A stretch of DNA of 57,497 bases, the filler included, from Stramenopiles sp. TOSAG23-3 (lineage: Eukaryota): the NCBI GenBank assembly GCA_900128585.1. It is 3 parts of 3 records of this genome, joined end to end, with 100 filler letters (N's around TTAATTAATTAA, not from the genome) between each part and the next. Parts side by side here need not be neighbours in the genome. Positions count along the whole stretch, not along the records: positions 1 to 19,116 come from LT642407.1; 2 more parts are not named here. One strand, written 5' to 3'. Of this stretch, positions 1-11,200 are shown in pieces. Positions within the stretch are counted from its first letter, which is position 1. Each line of letters begins with the position of its first letter. A program made the translations under genes and the position numbers. The notes under the pieces are model-generated. The model did not search any database. It saw only the letters and a list, made by a program, of their open reading frames with translations, and was not told the DNA's origin.

Positions 1-83
1 TATACCTTTAGAAACGCCATTTCCGTGTGTCTTACCCCGCTCTGGTTTTTCCTCCTCCCCCCTTTCACTTTGAACAGAGAGAA

Positions 84-2051
84 ATGTTGTCCTTACGACA
101 TGGGCCCGGGTTGGCTGTTCGGGCGTGCAAACTTCGGCAGGTCATCTGCAGTGGTCCGTCGGGGGGGCAGGCCCGGGTGAAATTTCATTTCCATCACGGA
201 AATAGGGCGAAGCGGGCGCGGGCGTTGCCGCAAATAGCAAACATGTCGTCGTCCACGCTCAATGGGATTAATGACGATGCCGTTAGTCGCTCCGATTCAA
301 TTCAAAGGATTGCTTCGATCGCGCGACCGGAGACGTCGTTGATCCTGAAATCTGTCGCGACACTCGGGATTACTTCGTCGATCACCCTGCTTATTCCTAC
401 TGTATGTGGCAAGGTTATAGATTTGTGCATCAATGACCCCACGGGGGTCTCTCCCTACTACGCTGCGGGCGGTCTCCTAGGCCTCACGGCCGTAGCGGGG
501 GCTGGGGTTGTGTTACGAAGCCGCTGGTTAGCGATTGCGGGAAATAGAATTGTGCAACGCATGAGGGGACAACTGTTCGACGCCATTGTCCGGCAAGACG
601 TGGCATTTTTTGACCGTGTGCCGACGGGAGACTTGGTGACGCGCCTCTCAGCGGACACGCAGATGATTCAGAAGGCGGCCACGAACCAAGTCGTCAACGG
701 CATGCGGGCGACCGTCATGGCGATTGGCGGGACGGCCTGCCTTATGTATACGTCGTGGCCATTGGCGCTCGTGAGCCTTTCTACCTTGCCCCCGATATTG
801 TTGGCAGCTAGGTACTTTGGCCGCAGCATTCGGGATCGACAGAAGCACGTGCAAGAGCTTTTGTCAGAATCCACAGGGGTTGCCGAAGAGGCGTTTGCAA
901 ACATTCGGACCGTTCGACAGTTTACCGCAGAACATTACGAATCCTTGCGGTACGGGGGAAAGATCGAGGAAACGTACAAAGAGGCGGTCCGTGCCGGGAA
1001 GACCCAGGCCTGGTTCGATGGGGTGGTGCACACTGCGGCGAACGCGGCTATATTGGGCGTACTGGGGTATGGTGGAAGCATGGTTCTGAACAATGTCATA
1101 ACTGCGGGGGATTTGGCAAGCTTTCTGCTGTACAGCATGATGGTGGCCGGCAACATATCGTCGCTGTCTTCCACGTACGCGGAAATAATGCGAGCCGTTG
1201 GGGCCTCCGGGCGCGTGCTTGCCATCATTGACCGCGTCCCAGACATGCCATCGATTCTAGACAAGGAGACCGAAGCGCCCCTGCCCAAAACAAACGCATC
1301 CGAAGTCATACCGCTGTCCATAGACTTTAAAGACGTTACGTTTGCATACCCTTCGCGACCCGATCTAAATATTTTGGGGGCGAACTTTTCGTTGAGTGTT
1401 GAGCCAGGGGAAGTGCTGGCTATTGTGGGCGGCTCTGGGTCTGGAAAGAGCACCATTGCGGGGCTGTTGACGCGCTTGTACGATTTGGGGGGCGAAGGCG
1501 CTGTCTTTGTCGATGGCACAGACGTCCGTCGTTTGAATCCCCGCAGTCTGCGAGAGAGTATTGGCATCGTGGCCCAGGAGCCCGTCCTCTTTGCGGCAAC
1601 GATCGAGGAGAACATACGGTATGGTTGCCTTGGGGCAACGGACGAAGAGGTTCAGCAGGCCGCGGAAGCCGCCCGCGTGTTGGAATTCAGCGACCGATTT
1701 CCGGAAGGGCTTCAAACTGAAGTTGGGCAGAGAGGTACCCAGCTCTCTGGTGGGCAAAAGCAGCGTGTGGCTGTGGCACGTGCAATTTTGAAAGACCCCC
1801 CCATTGTAATATTTGATGAAGCCACGTCGGCCTTGGACGCAGAATCTGAGCACCATGTGCAACAGGCAATAAATACGATTATGCAAGGGCGCACTGTAAT
1901 CTCGATTGCACACCGTTTATCAACCATTCGAGAGGCCGATCGGATTGCTGTCCTGCAGAATGGCATTATTGCAGAAACTGGAAGCTTCGAAGACTTAGTC
2001 CACAGGGAAAATGGCGTGTTCAAAGAATTAATGAAACGGCAATTGAGTTAG
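84..2051 (+). CDS. ABC transporter B-family half transporter (ABCB10/Mdl1-like, probably mitochondrial)
   Basis: TM domain followed by NBD: Walker A GGSGSGKST, Q-loop VAQEP, signature LSGGQKQR, Walker B IVIFDEATSALD, H-loop IAHRLST. First ATG at 84 gives an Arg-rich N-terminus. Confidence 0.92.
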   Translation: MLSLRHGPGLAVRACKLRQVICSGPSGGQARVKFHFHHGNRAKRARALPQIANMSSSTLNGINDDAVSRSDSIQRIASIARPETSLILKSVATLGITSSITLLIPTVCGKVIDLCINDPTGVSPYYAAGGLLGLTAVAGAGVVLRSRWLAIAGNRIVQRMRGQLFDAIVRQDVAFFDRVPTGDLVTRLSADTQMIQKAATNQVVNGMRATVMAIGGTACLMYTSWPLALVSLSTLPPILLAARYFGRSIRDRQKHVQELLSESTGVAEEAFANIRTVRQFTAEHYESLRYGGKIEETYKEAVRAGKTQAWFDGVVHTAANAAILGVLGYGGSMVLNNVITAGDLASFLLYSMMVAGNISSLSSTYAEIMRAVGASGRVLAIIDRVPDMPSILDKETEAPLPKTNASEVIPLSIDFKDVTFAYPSRPDLNILGANFSLSVEPGEVLAIVGGSGSGKSTIAGLLTRLYDLGGEGAVFVDGTDVRRLNPRSLRESIGIVAQEPVLFAATIEENIRYGCLGATDEEVQQAAEAARVLEFSDRFPEGLQTEVGQRGTQLSGGQKQRVAVARAILKDPPIVIFDEATSALDAESEHHVQQAINTIMQGRTVISIAHRLSTIREADRIAVLQNGIIAETGSFEDLVHRENGVFKELMKRQLS

Positions 2052-2604
2052 TTGAATTGGGTTTCATTGAATTGTGAATTGAATTGAATTTAATATAAGG
2101 TCAAGATGATGTATTTAAAGCCCTATTTTAAACACTAATTATATCGTTTTCTAAATAATTAAAATTCTGAGGATGATCAATCTGCTGCATGATCAATATG
2201 AAGAGAGAAGAAGAAGGAAGTAGTTGCAACGTTACGATAAAAAATGGTTACGATAAAAAATGGTATAATAATATTGTCCATATTGTGATGATGATGATAT
2301 AAATAATAATATAATAATAGTAATAATAATAATAGATTTTATTAATATTATTATTAAAAAATATTATTATTATAATTATTTGAACCAACTAACTTGACAA
2401 AAATTATTATTGTATGGAATGTTTGGGTTTCATGTATCTATTATGTATGCATGTGTACATTTTTCACAAAGTCGAAATGCATATAAATTTGTTAGTAATT
2501 TATAATTTGTTAAATTCTAATTGTAATTTTCTTGTGTGTGTATTTCGTATACGTTCGGGTATAGAAGTGTCACCGTTCGAAGGTAGCCACCGCTTTCGGA
2601 CACG

Positions 2605-5600
2605 ATGGCCAGCTCAGAAGCGTGGGGTGGGTTTCGGAAGGGCAACGCTCGGGGGGGGCGCAGGCGTGGGCGTTCGCCGGGCAGTGATACCAGCATGGGT
2701 AGCTCGCGCGCTGGTGGCAGGCATAGATACTGGAACGATCCGTCCGTCGCGTCGTTGTCCCCGGCGTCCCCACGGAGTCATGGCAACGTGTTCTTGAGCC
2801 CCGAGAGTTCCCCGAGGTCGAGGAGCCCGTCGCCAAACCGCGACGACGAAGCGGACAGTTATTACAGAAATAGTAGGGCAATGAGCCCTAAATCCTTTCG
2901 CTCTGGGTCCTCCTTTGCTTTTGCGGGGTATTCTACCGAGTTTCAGCACGGAATCAGCGATCGGCTGAAAGCGGCGATGCAGACTGCCAGCCGGGGGCAC
3001 CAATATGCAAGGTCCAACTCCACAACTTCGCCTAGGTCACCGCTGTCTAAAAACGGGGAGAAGGTTGGGCGCGGTGCGGAAAAGAACAGCGACGTTCAAA
3101 GCGGCCGTCGGGGAGGGGGGGCGAAGCGCAAACCGGTCAAAAATAAGTCCTACCAAAAGGATCGACGCCACCCTGGCCTTGTTCGCAGAAAGACCAATGC
3201 CAGGACGAATACCAGCCGCGGCAGAGCCCTTGTTCCGGGGAGGAGTTCGAAGTATGGCCCACCCCCGAAGACGTTGCGAAACTTGCGAGCCGTCGCGCAA
3301 CCGTCGGAAAGTTTGCGTTTGTCGCCGCGTTCCCAAGGGGGAGGGCGAGATGGGGCAAATCGTGCAAATGCAAGGCGCCAGGTCGTTCCCCGGGTGGAAG
3401 AAGAGAAATATGCGGGCGAGGAAACGGCACGTTCGCGGCCCCCGCCTGCCCCCTCGGCACCGCCCTCCGCCGATTCCCCGCCCGCTGCGCACTTGGGGCC
3501 GTTTCTTTTGGCCCCAAGGGTAAAACGAAAAGACTCTATGCTGAGCTCCCCGTCTGGGCTTCCTGTGGAAAGCATTTACAACGTCAGAAACGAACGCGCC
3601 GATGGACAGTATGCCGGGCCAAGATCCGTGCGTGGAAACAGGTACCCCAGAATGCCGGCGCCCGTGCCAATGCCTGAAAAGAAGAAACACACCAATTTTT
3701 TGAAGCGTGGGCACGGACAAAAGCGGCTGCAAAAAAAGTTCAAGCATGTCGGCGTGTTGCGGGAGCAGAATGATCGAAGCACCGTTGCGAAGGGGAAAAT
3801 CGCTTCTCAGTACATGTTCAAAAACAGCGAACCGGATGAAACGCCAAGGCAGCGACGTGCCCGAGACATCGACGCGCACGACTATCAAGGCGGCGAAGGA
3901 GAATTAGACGAAATGATCCGACGTTGGAAACAGCGCAGGGATTCAGACAGTAGCAATGTAAATCGGACAAAAGCCGTGCGGAGGGCCAAAGATGCACACC
4001 AGGCTATTTTTGAGGCCCCGCAGAGCCCTGCGGGGGTATTTCACGATGAGAAATCGAAAGCCCGGGGCACGGTGTACGGGACCCCGCCAGAATCGAAAGA
4101 GTGGGACCGGGGAACATTCAAGGATTCGTTACACTACGGCAGGCCGTTGGGGAACGACCCGCCGTGGCGACGTGCACGCGCTACGCTTTTTCAGGACCGC
4201 AGGCTTCAAATAGTGCGACCGTCGCATGGGGGTCCCGCACAATGGCTCTTGCGGCATGGGAATTCTTCCGGCCCAGGGCACTCGGGGCGGTACGACGGGG
4301 CGATGTTGATTACGGCCGCCCAAGCTGCCGTAATATTTCGCCAGACAAACTTGCTGAAACGCGCCTTCATGACCTTGAGGGATTACTCCGATCGACGACG
4401 GTGGGAGCAGGCGGCCGTGGCGGCAATGTGCGAGCGTCGTGCGGAAGCCCATGTGCCATCTGTTCTTTCACAGTGGCGGTCGTTGTTTAAAGCCGTTCGG
4501 TGGCACCGGCTGCGAACCCTGACCATATTTTTAGACTGCTGGTCAGAGTTCACGAAAGACGAGCGGCGGGAGAAGAGATCAATGCTCCACGCAAAGACGT
4601 ACTTTGATTTGCGCAGCGGCTTGCTGGCAGTTCGCAAGTGGAGGGAGTACAGCTGCCGCTGTGTTGTCATTTCTGAATTGAAGAGCCGGGCCGACACGTT
4701 TTGGAGGCGCCGCTGTCTGATCTCCTGCATTAGCACGTGGTCTTCCGTTGCCAAGCGTTTGGCCAAGGAGCGCGCACAAATGCTTGTCGCAGGCAATGCG
4801 CACCGCCAGGGGGTGCTGAGGCAGTACTTTAAAGACTTCAAGGATGGGGTCGGCATGTCCATACTGGAAAATTTAATGGAGGCCCGTCGAAATGGGGTGT
4901 TGGTCCGGCGTTGCTTCTTCGGTTGGGCAAATACTAGTGGTTTTCAAGAGCGGCTGGAAGAAAAGATGTTGGAGGCACAGATGTACGACCGACTGACGGC
5001 GCTGTCCCGCTGTTTTTGGCAGTGGGAGAACTACACGAAGGCCAGGGCTGCCGAGAGGCTGTCTGTGCTCCACTGGAACTTTCGTGCAAAGCGCGTTGCT
5101 GCGAAAAAGTGGTTTGCCTTTACGGTTACGAAAAGGGTCCAAAGGCAAAACTCTGCCCTGGCGGTGGCCAGACACCGGCAAAAAGTTCTGTTTGGGGCAT
5201 TCGATTCCTGGCACGACCTTGCCACGGTTGCATCGGCGGAGCGAAGGGCGGCAATGTACTGTCGTCTGCGTAGTATCGTCGGTGGCGTCTCAAAATGGGT
5301 TACGTTTGTCGAGGAAAAGCGATCGTACCGTGGCAAGCGGTTGACGGCAAAAGCGCATTACCTGAAGTACCTGGTAAATCGATGGCGGCGTTTTGTTCGC
5401 CACACCATTACGCTGAAAAAGTCGGCGCGCCACTGGGAAATTGCCGCCGCGCGCAGTGCTGTAAAGGCGTTGAGGTGGAACAGCCAAAGCAGGATTCAAA
5501 GACGGGCCCAAAACTTTGTTGCGAATGCGTTTGCCCGCCAAAAGCGCATGATTCGAGGAATGATTCTCTGGCAACAGCATGTGGACGAAGTTTGGGTCGA

Positions 5601-6180
5601 CCGTGAAAAATACGGGGTTGCTGTTCAGGCTTACCACTATTGCATACTGAGAAAGGCCCTCCGGGGGCTTCGCCTGGAAATGGTTTTCTCGAAAGGGCAA
5701 GACCAGTCCGCACTCCGCCTGCGCCGAAAGTTTCAATGTTCTCTTGTCCGCCGTCTGCTCCGCTTCTGGCATTGGTACGCGCACCGTGACCGAGCTCTGC
5801 GGCAGTATTTCTTCCAGCGCCGCACCGCAGTCATTTTTGTCGCGTGGCAGCGGTTCTTGGAGATTGTCCGAATGGAACGAGAGTCTGTGCTGCTTGCAAA
5901 GCTTCATTTTCGGGGGAAATGCCTGCAGAAACATTTGGTGGCATGGAAGGACGCAGCAATCACGTTGCTTTTAAGGCGCCAAATAATTCGTGGGGCGATG
6001 GCATGGGGAAACAGGAAACTGGGCGCCCGTGTGCTGAAGGCTTGGCGGCGCGTGGTGCACATGCGGGCCGTGTGGAGAGGGAAGTGTCGCATTGCGGACG
6101 ACTTTTCTAGGCTGGTACTTTTGAACCGATGCTTGCTGCATTGGAATACGGTGACCATGATGGGCCGGGATTATTATTGA
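2605..6180 (+). CDS. Sfi1-repeat (centrin-binding-like) protein with a disordered Ser/Arg/Pro-rich N-half
   Basis: C-terminal half has many helical repeats with a periodic Trp (VLSQWR, FLDCWS, AVRKWR, CISTWS, CFWQWE, AFDSWH, IFVAWQ, VLKAWR, CLLHWN), typical of Sfi1 repeats. Confidence 0.75.
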   Translation: MASSEAWGGFRKGNARGGRRRGRSPGSDTSMGSSRAGGRHRYWNDPSVASLSPASPRSHGNVFLSPESSPRSRSPSPNRDDEADSYYRNSRAMSPKSFRSGSSFAFAGYSTEFQHGISDRLKAAMQTASRGHQYARSNSTTSPRSPLSKNGEKVGRGAEKNSDVQSGRRGGGAKRKPVKNKSYQKDRRHPGLVRRKTNARTNTSRGRALVPGRSSKYGPPPKTLRNLRAVAQPSESLRLSPRSQGGGRDGANRANARRQVVPRVEEEKYAGEETARSRPPPAPSAPPSADSPPAAHLGPFLLAPRVKRKDSMLSSPSGLPVESIYNVRNERADGQYAGPRSVRGNRYPRMPAPVPMPEKKKHTNFLKRGHGQKRLQKKFKHVGVLREQNDRSTVAKGKIASQYMFKNSEPDETPRQRRARDIDAHDYQGGEGELDEMIRRWKQRRDSDSSNVNRTKAVRRAKDAHQAIFEAPQSPAGVFHDEKSKARGTVYGTPPESKEWDRGTFKDSLHYGRPLGNDPPWRRARATLFQDRRLQIVRPSHGGPAQWLLRHGNSSGPGHSGRYDGAMLITAAQAAVIFRQTNLLKRAFMTLRDYSDRRRWEQAAVAAMCERRAEAHVPSVLSQWRSLFKAVRWHRLRTLTIFLDCWSEFTKDERREKRSMLHAKTYFDLRSGLLAVRKWREYSCRCVVISELKSRADTFWRRRCLISCISTWSSVAKRLAKERAQMLVAGNAHRQGVLRQYFKDFKDGVGMSILENLMEARRNGVLVRRCFFGWANTSGFQERLEEKMLEAQMYDRLTALSRCFWQWENYTKARAAERLSVLHWNFRAKRVAAKKWFAFTVTKRVQRQNSALAVARHRQKVLFGAFDSWHDLATVASAERRAAMYCRLRSIVGGVSKWVTFVEEKRSYRGKRLTAKAHYLKYLVNRWRRFVRHTITLKKSARHWEIAAARSAVKALRWNSQSRIQRRAQNFVANAFARQKRMIRGMILWQQHVDEVWVDREKYGVAVQAYHYCILRKALRGLRLEMVFSKGQDQSALRLRRKFQCSLVRRLLRFWHWYAHRDRALRQYFFQRRTAVIFVAWQRFLEIVRMERESVLLAKLHFRGKCLQKHLVAWKDAAITLLLRRQIIRGAMAWGNRKLGARVLKAWRRVVHMRAVWRGKCRIADDFSRLVLLNRCLLHWNTVTMMGRDYY

Positions 6181-6222
6181 TAAAAAATGCTGACTTGGAT
6201 TTCAATAACAGAGAAGTAAAGT

Positions 6223-6312
6223 AAAAACAAGAAAATTGGCTGTTATTTAAGAAAAAAAGAAAAAAATTGGCTGTTATTTAAGTAATTAAAATTTAGCTTT
6301 CTCGTGTACCGC
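6223..6312 (+). repeat. Dispersed AT-rich repeat family, two tandem copies
   Basis: aaaaacaagaaaattggctgttatttaag (6223-6251) and aaaaaattggctgttatttaagtaattaaaatttagctttctcgtgtaccgc (6261-6312). Confidence 0.85.
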
Positions 6313-6360
6313 AAAAGTATTAAATAATTAAAATTAAAGAATGTCAAAAAAACAAAATGC

Positions 6361-6891
6361 CTCTTTTCCCGAAAGCCTGTCCTGTTCTTCAACTCTGGTA
6401 TGTGGGACTGGCGAACAGGACTGCCCGCTTCGAACTACACTCAAAACATGAAGAAAGTTTTTGCCGATACAAAGCACATTTACTCCACTTTTTCTCGTGT
6501 AATTTGGAGAACAATCACTGCAGCGTGGCCGACAAGGTTCATGTCGTCAAAGGAATGCCGGTTGAAACCCAACCGAGACGTACGCCCGTGCAAAGTTCAT
6601 ACCGGGGACATACGGGACTACAACGAAGGGGTTATTCCGGAAATCGTATCAATGGGTTTCGAAACCATCCCTGGGTTCGAGATTTCGTCGCAACGCCCAG
6701 ACATAAGTTACGATGGTATCCATTTTAAAAACGGATACAAAGCTCGTTTTGGTTATGGGTGGAACCGCGCCACTGGCAGGAAACGGGACAGTCAAATAAT
6801 GTACAGGGTCCTCTCCCAATTTGTTTTCAACAAGCTCTGCGGTGGTACTGTCGGTGGAGTCCGAGGGACAAGCCGCACATATTTCGACTGA
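6361..6891 (+). pseudogene. 5'-truncated SGNH/PC-esterase-like gene fragment
   Basis: Frame reads ..PVLFFNSGMWDW..VIWRT..DGIHF.., resembling block III and the DxxH block of SGNH/PC-esterases. In-frame TAA at 6325, no ATG before 6400, and no GDS nucleophile block. Confidence 0.5.
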
Positions 6892-7076
6892 AGATTTGGG
6901 TCGCAGAAAAAAGCAAAAAACTTTTTCTCTTAATTTTAAAAAAATAGTAAGCAAGAATTATACTACTCTCCTCTTCCGACACTTCCCTCCCCTATTTAAG
7001 AATTAGTTTTTGTTTGGGCAAACGCGTCCTGATTCGCTGTATAAACTCAAAACACTCACGGTGCACTCTTTTGGTC

Positions 7077-8393
7077 TTACATGCCGTCCGAGGTGAGGTA
7101 TTGTGGGGCTTGGGAAATATTGATATGAATCCCGCGCGGATCTTCGCAGAGGCGCGGCAAAGCTCGGCCTAAATAGTCCTGAACTGCGTAGCACCCGATA
7201 CCTCCTGGGATTCTGGTCAAATGGGGATAGCCGGCAAGGCTCCAGATGGCAAGGACAACCTTTCCCGTAGTCGTGTTTTCAAACTTTAAAAGATACTCAT
7301 CGTCACTGTTGAAGCCGTCTTGAAATGTTGGGATACGTCCCACAAACTGAACGCCTGTCAGTGCGTTGGACAAAGTCTTGGTAGCGTTATACGCCGGTTT
7401 AGGCGCCCACGGATACATTTTCTTCTCAGGATCAAACGAATTACTAACCAAGCCGAACTTTTCGTCGCCACCATCGCTCCAATCGTACCATATTGACATA
7501 CCGTCACTCACCATAAACGAAACAAGGAATAGCCGTGCAGCCAGTATACCCTGCATTTCTTCCGTCACGGACGCGTACCCAGCGGAACCTGCAGCGTAGC
7601 CCCATTCCCCTTGAAAAATAGGTACTTTTCCATTTAACCCAAAATGTTGGGGCCGAATTCTCTTCTGTCCCAGCGGGGCATATTCGTCCACAAGTTTGCG
7701 AAGTATTGCGAAGTCATTCAGAGTTGTCTCAGGCGCGTCCAGTCGGTACGGATGCACCAGCACCGCGTCCAGTTCCTTTAAAACGCCAGCTTCAAACATC
7801 TCCTGCAAGTACAGAAAATCTTTAAATTTTCTGGAAATAAACCCCAGAGAAGGCCCAACGCAGGTGTTTGTCGTCGATTTGGAATGGATCGCCTGACAAA
7901 TCTGAATCGCCAGGTCGGCCAAGCCAGAAGCGTTGTTCTTGAAGGCATCGCTACTGAGGTTGGGCTCGTTCGTAAATTCCCACATGACGGGATACTGGTT
8001 GTATTTCTCCGCAAGTGCACCCATTAAGCTCGCAAGGTGAACTTGTGTCGCCTTGTCGTTTATATCTTGGTTATAAAATTTTGGAATGGTACATTCGATT
8101 CCTGTCATGACCCGAAGGCCGTGTGAAAAGAACCTGGGTATAACTTTATCGTAGCCTGAGAAATCGTACACGCCCGGCGCGGGTTCCATCGTTTCCCAAG
8201 TAAAGCCATCAATGCGATACCAGTGAATACCGGCGTCCATCATTTGCACAAGTGAGCTTTCAGTGGGCATATTATTATGCAGGTTCAAACCAAACATCTC
8301 ACCGGCGTCCTGAAAGGCGCGCGGTAGGGGGGACAGCGCTGAAACCGAAAGGCCCCCAACGCATACGAGTAGTGCAATGAAAGTGTGCCACAT
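7077..8393 (-). CDS. Secreted clan GH-A glycoside hydrolase (GH5/GH39-like)
   Basis: Signal peptide; WETMEPAPGVYDFSGYD; acid/base WEFTNEPN; VHPY; nucleophile region IFQGEWGY; WYDW. Confidence 0.85.
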   Translation of the reverse strand: MWHTFIALLVCVGGLSVSALSPLPRAFQDAGEMFGLNLHNNMPTESSLVQMMDAGIHWYRIDGFTWETMEPAPGVYDFSGYDKVIPRFFSHGLRVMTGIECTIPKFYNQDINDKATQVHLASLMGALAEKYNQYPVMWEFTNEPNLSSDAFKNNASGLADLAIQICQAIHSKSTTNTCVGPSLGFISRKFKDFLYLQEMFEAGVLKELDAVLVHPYRLDAPETTLNDFAILRKLVDEYAPLGQKRIRPQHFGLNGKVPIFQGEWGYAAGSAGYASVTEEMQGILAARLFLVSFMVSDGMSIWYDWSDGGDEKFGLVSNSFDPEKKMYPWAPKPAYNATKTLSNALTGVQFVGRIPTFQDGFNSDDEYLLKFENTTTGKVVLAIWSLAGYPHLTRIPGGIGCYAVQDYLGRALPRLCEDPRGIHINISQAPQYLTSDGM

Positions 8394-9166
8394 CTATTAA
8401 AGGGAATGAAAGAAGAGGGTAAATCGCGAGCGCACCCGTTCCGAGGGGGTTAAGAGAGGTGTTTAATGCCAGGCGAATAAAATAGACACTTGAAAAGACA
8501 ATGGTGATTCACGATCGTTAAAAGAGGTAGTAAAATATATATATACAGAATCTTCTGCGAAAAGTTTTCTATTAACATTATAATCAATATACAAAGAAAT
8601 AAAACAAAGATAGAAGAACAATTTTTACCCTAGCTAGCAGCCCTCCTCCCACCTAATTAAAAAAGTACAGGCAATAGCAGACCACCACTTCACCGATTTT
8701 CGGATCTAAAGTATTATCCACATCTCCGCATCATCATCTCCTCACCAAATAATGTAATTAATCATCTGTCAAAAAAAAAAACTAATATTCAGCAGCTTAT
8801 ATGCGTTTTAAGATACGAGCAGATCAATCATTTGTTGCGTCTCCGACCTCTTTTGTTTTGTGCCCTTCTTTCTTCTTCGGTTGTTGGTTTTGGTTTTTTT
8901 CTTTTTTTTTTGTGAAAGCAAAACCAATATTATATAGGCTCACAGCGGCGCGAACGTTTAACGTGAGAAGATGATACGCGATCCGCCTGTTGGATTGGTA
9001 AATTTATTCATTTTGGATGTACAGTCAATGTAGCAAATATAATACTTTCTAACGAAAAAGTATATCAGCAATTCCACGCTTGTATCAAAAGAAAAGAATA
9101 GAAGGAAAAAGAGACTTTATGGTTTGGAAAAATTTAGAACCATTTATTGTTTGTTTTTGTTTCTTG

Positions 9167-10744
9167 ATGGAGAAAAAATATTTGTTGTTTTTGGTGGCAT
9201 GGACCTTCACGGTCGGGAACGCCGCTGTGCCCTACAACATTGTGCATATTGTTTCGGATGACTTGAGGCCCGAAATTTCATCCTATGGAGTTGATGGGCG
9301 GCATACGCCAAACATAGATCGCATTGCAAAAGCAGGAGTTTCGTTTGACCGTGCATACACGCAAATTGCAGTTTGCGGACCGTCCAGGAATTCATTTTTA
9401 TCAGGTCGGCGGCCCGACGCGTCCAGGAGTTGGAATTTTATTAACCACTTTCGGCAGGATCACCCGGGCTGGACGAGCCTTCCTGGGATGTTCTTAAAAA
9501 GCCAAAAGAATTCTTTGGGTGTTGGAAAGATGTACCACCCCTTTTTACCACCAAAGGATGATGGTGATAAAAGCTGGAGCAGTTCTGCTTTGCCATACAG
9601 CAACCCTTGCTATTTTTACGGTATCTCTTGCCTACCGTGCGTCGGGGCTCATAAAAAATGCAGCGACCATGGTTTTGGTCCGGGTAACGTTTCGACCTGT
9701 TGGTGTGAAGTGGAGGCTGTGGAAGATACACTCACGGTCAACCGTGCTATCGAACTGATGCAAATTGGGGCAAAAGATTTTCACCTGCAGAACAAAACGT
9801 TTTACTTGGCAGTTGGTTTGCACAAACCGCATTTGCCGTGGCAAGCGGCAAAGAAACACTTTGATAAATTCCCGATCGATTCCATTGCCACCGCGAAGCA
9901 CAAAACAGCGCCTAAGGGCCTTGTGGGTAATGAGACAATTGCCTATTCAAGCTGTGACAGCCCTAGCCCATGGGAGCCGATATCGGACAAAGGGGCAAAG
10001 GAGGCCCGCAGGGGTTATTATTCAGCTGTTTCAGGCATGGACGAGCAGGTAGGACGCGTGTTGAATGCGCTTGAAGCATACAACCTAAACAACAACACGG
10101 TGGTAGTCTTTCATTCAGATCACGGATGGCAATTAGGTGAACACGGTGAATGGCGGAAAAATACAAATTTCGAACTGGCCACGCGGGTCCCTCTGATAAT
10201 CAGGCCTCCAAATCTTTCACCCGCAATAATGGGAAGCCGAACGGCGGCTTTGGTAGAGCTTGTAGATTTGATGCCAACAATTGCGGATTTTGCTGGGATT
10301 GATTTGGCAAACATTGTAAAGAAGGAAACCCCTCTCGCTGGAAAAAGCCTTATTGACTTGGTGCTTTGTAAGCAGCAATCCATTAAAACTGCTGCCTTTT
10401 CACAATACCCACGAGCCCCCCACAATGTGTCGATACCCTACCGTAAGAACGGGATTGATCACAAGAATCGATCCATGTTTTATGTAATGGGCTACAGTAT
10501 TCGCACGACGGATTGGCGTTATACGGAATGGCGCTTATGGAACAGATCCTCTCTGACTGCATTGTGGGACACAGGAGGGTTGTATGCATCCGAGTTGTAC
10601 GACCATCGACAAGAAACAGGGTTTCCGACCAATTTTGACGTAGGGGAGAACGATAACGTTTTTGAACAGTACAGTGGTCAAAAAATTGTTGGCGAACTTG
10701 CAGTGGCTATAAGGGGTCAATTTTGCAAGATATCTCGCTGTTGA
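9167..10744 (+). CDS. Secreted formylglycine-dependent sulfatase (iduronate-2-sulfatase-like)
   Basis: Signal peptide from ATG 9167; IVSDDLRP; CGPSR (CxPxR); GKMYH; HKPHLP; SDHGWQLGEHGEWRK; RVPLI. Confidence 0.93.
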   Translation: MEKKYLLFLVAWTFTVGNAAVPYNIVHIVSDDLRPEISSYGVDGRHTPNIDRIAKAGVSFDRAYTQIAVCGPSRNSFLSGRRPDASRSWNFINHFRQDHPGWTSLPGMFLKSQKNSLGVGKMYHPFLPPKDDGDKSWSSSALPYSNPCYFYGISCLPCVGAHKKCSDHGFGPGNVSTCWCEVEAVEDTLTVNRAIELMQIGAKDFHLQNKTFYLAVGLHKPHLPWQAAKKHFDKFPIDSIATAKHKTAPKGLVGNETIAYSSCDSPSPWEPISDKGAKEARRGYYSAVSGMDEQVGRVLNALEAYNLNNNTVVVFHSDHGWQLGEHGEWRKNTNFELATRVPLIIRPPNLSPAIMGSRTAALVELVDLMPTIADFAGIDLANIVKKETPLAGKSLIDLVLCKQQSIKTAAFSQYPRAPHNVSIPYRKNGIDHKNRSMFYVMGYSIRTTDWRYTEWRLWNRSSLTALWDTGGLYASELYDHRQETGFPTNFDVGENDNVFEQYSGQKIVGELAVAIRGQFCKISRC

Positions 10745-10866
10745 GAATGTACAAAAAGATATTAAAGAAGAAGAAGTTCTTAACGTACCAATTGGATTCA
10801 GATAATATATAAATTACAATACTATTTAAGAACACATAAATATAAAATATTTTGTTTTTCAAGACC

Positions 10867-10885
10867 AAAAATTGGCTGTTTTATA
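10867..10885 (+). repeat. Dispersed repeat family, partial copy
   Basis: aaaaattggctgttttata between the convergent sulfatase and acetylesterase 3' ends. Confidence 0.6.
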
Positions 10886-11200
10886 AATTACAATATTAAC
10901 ACCGATTAAATCAAAATCCATGAAATAACTTTCCGAAACTTTAAAAACAGAACAATTGGTTTGCTGTTTCCGAAACTTTATCAATAAGTGAGAATTCTTA
11001 CAAAAAACAGTAGAAACAAATGTATCATACCTTATAAGCCTAACATAATTTTTGCACTCTCTTAAATGTTTAAACTTTAAATTTTAAAAGCAGCATCATT
11101 TTTTCGTATTCTGGAACAAGGAGGAGTTTGGATTCTTGAACGGTTTTGCCTTCTCTTTTCTTTTTTGATCGTATTAAAGCATACTAGTATATCATTTGTT

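Noticed and set aside
2231-2263. 16-bp tandem duplication gttacgataaaaaatg
   Set aside because: Isolated local slippage with no other copies seen.
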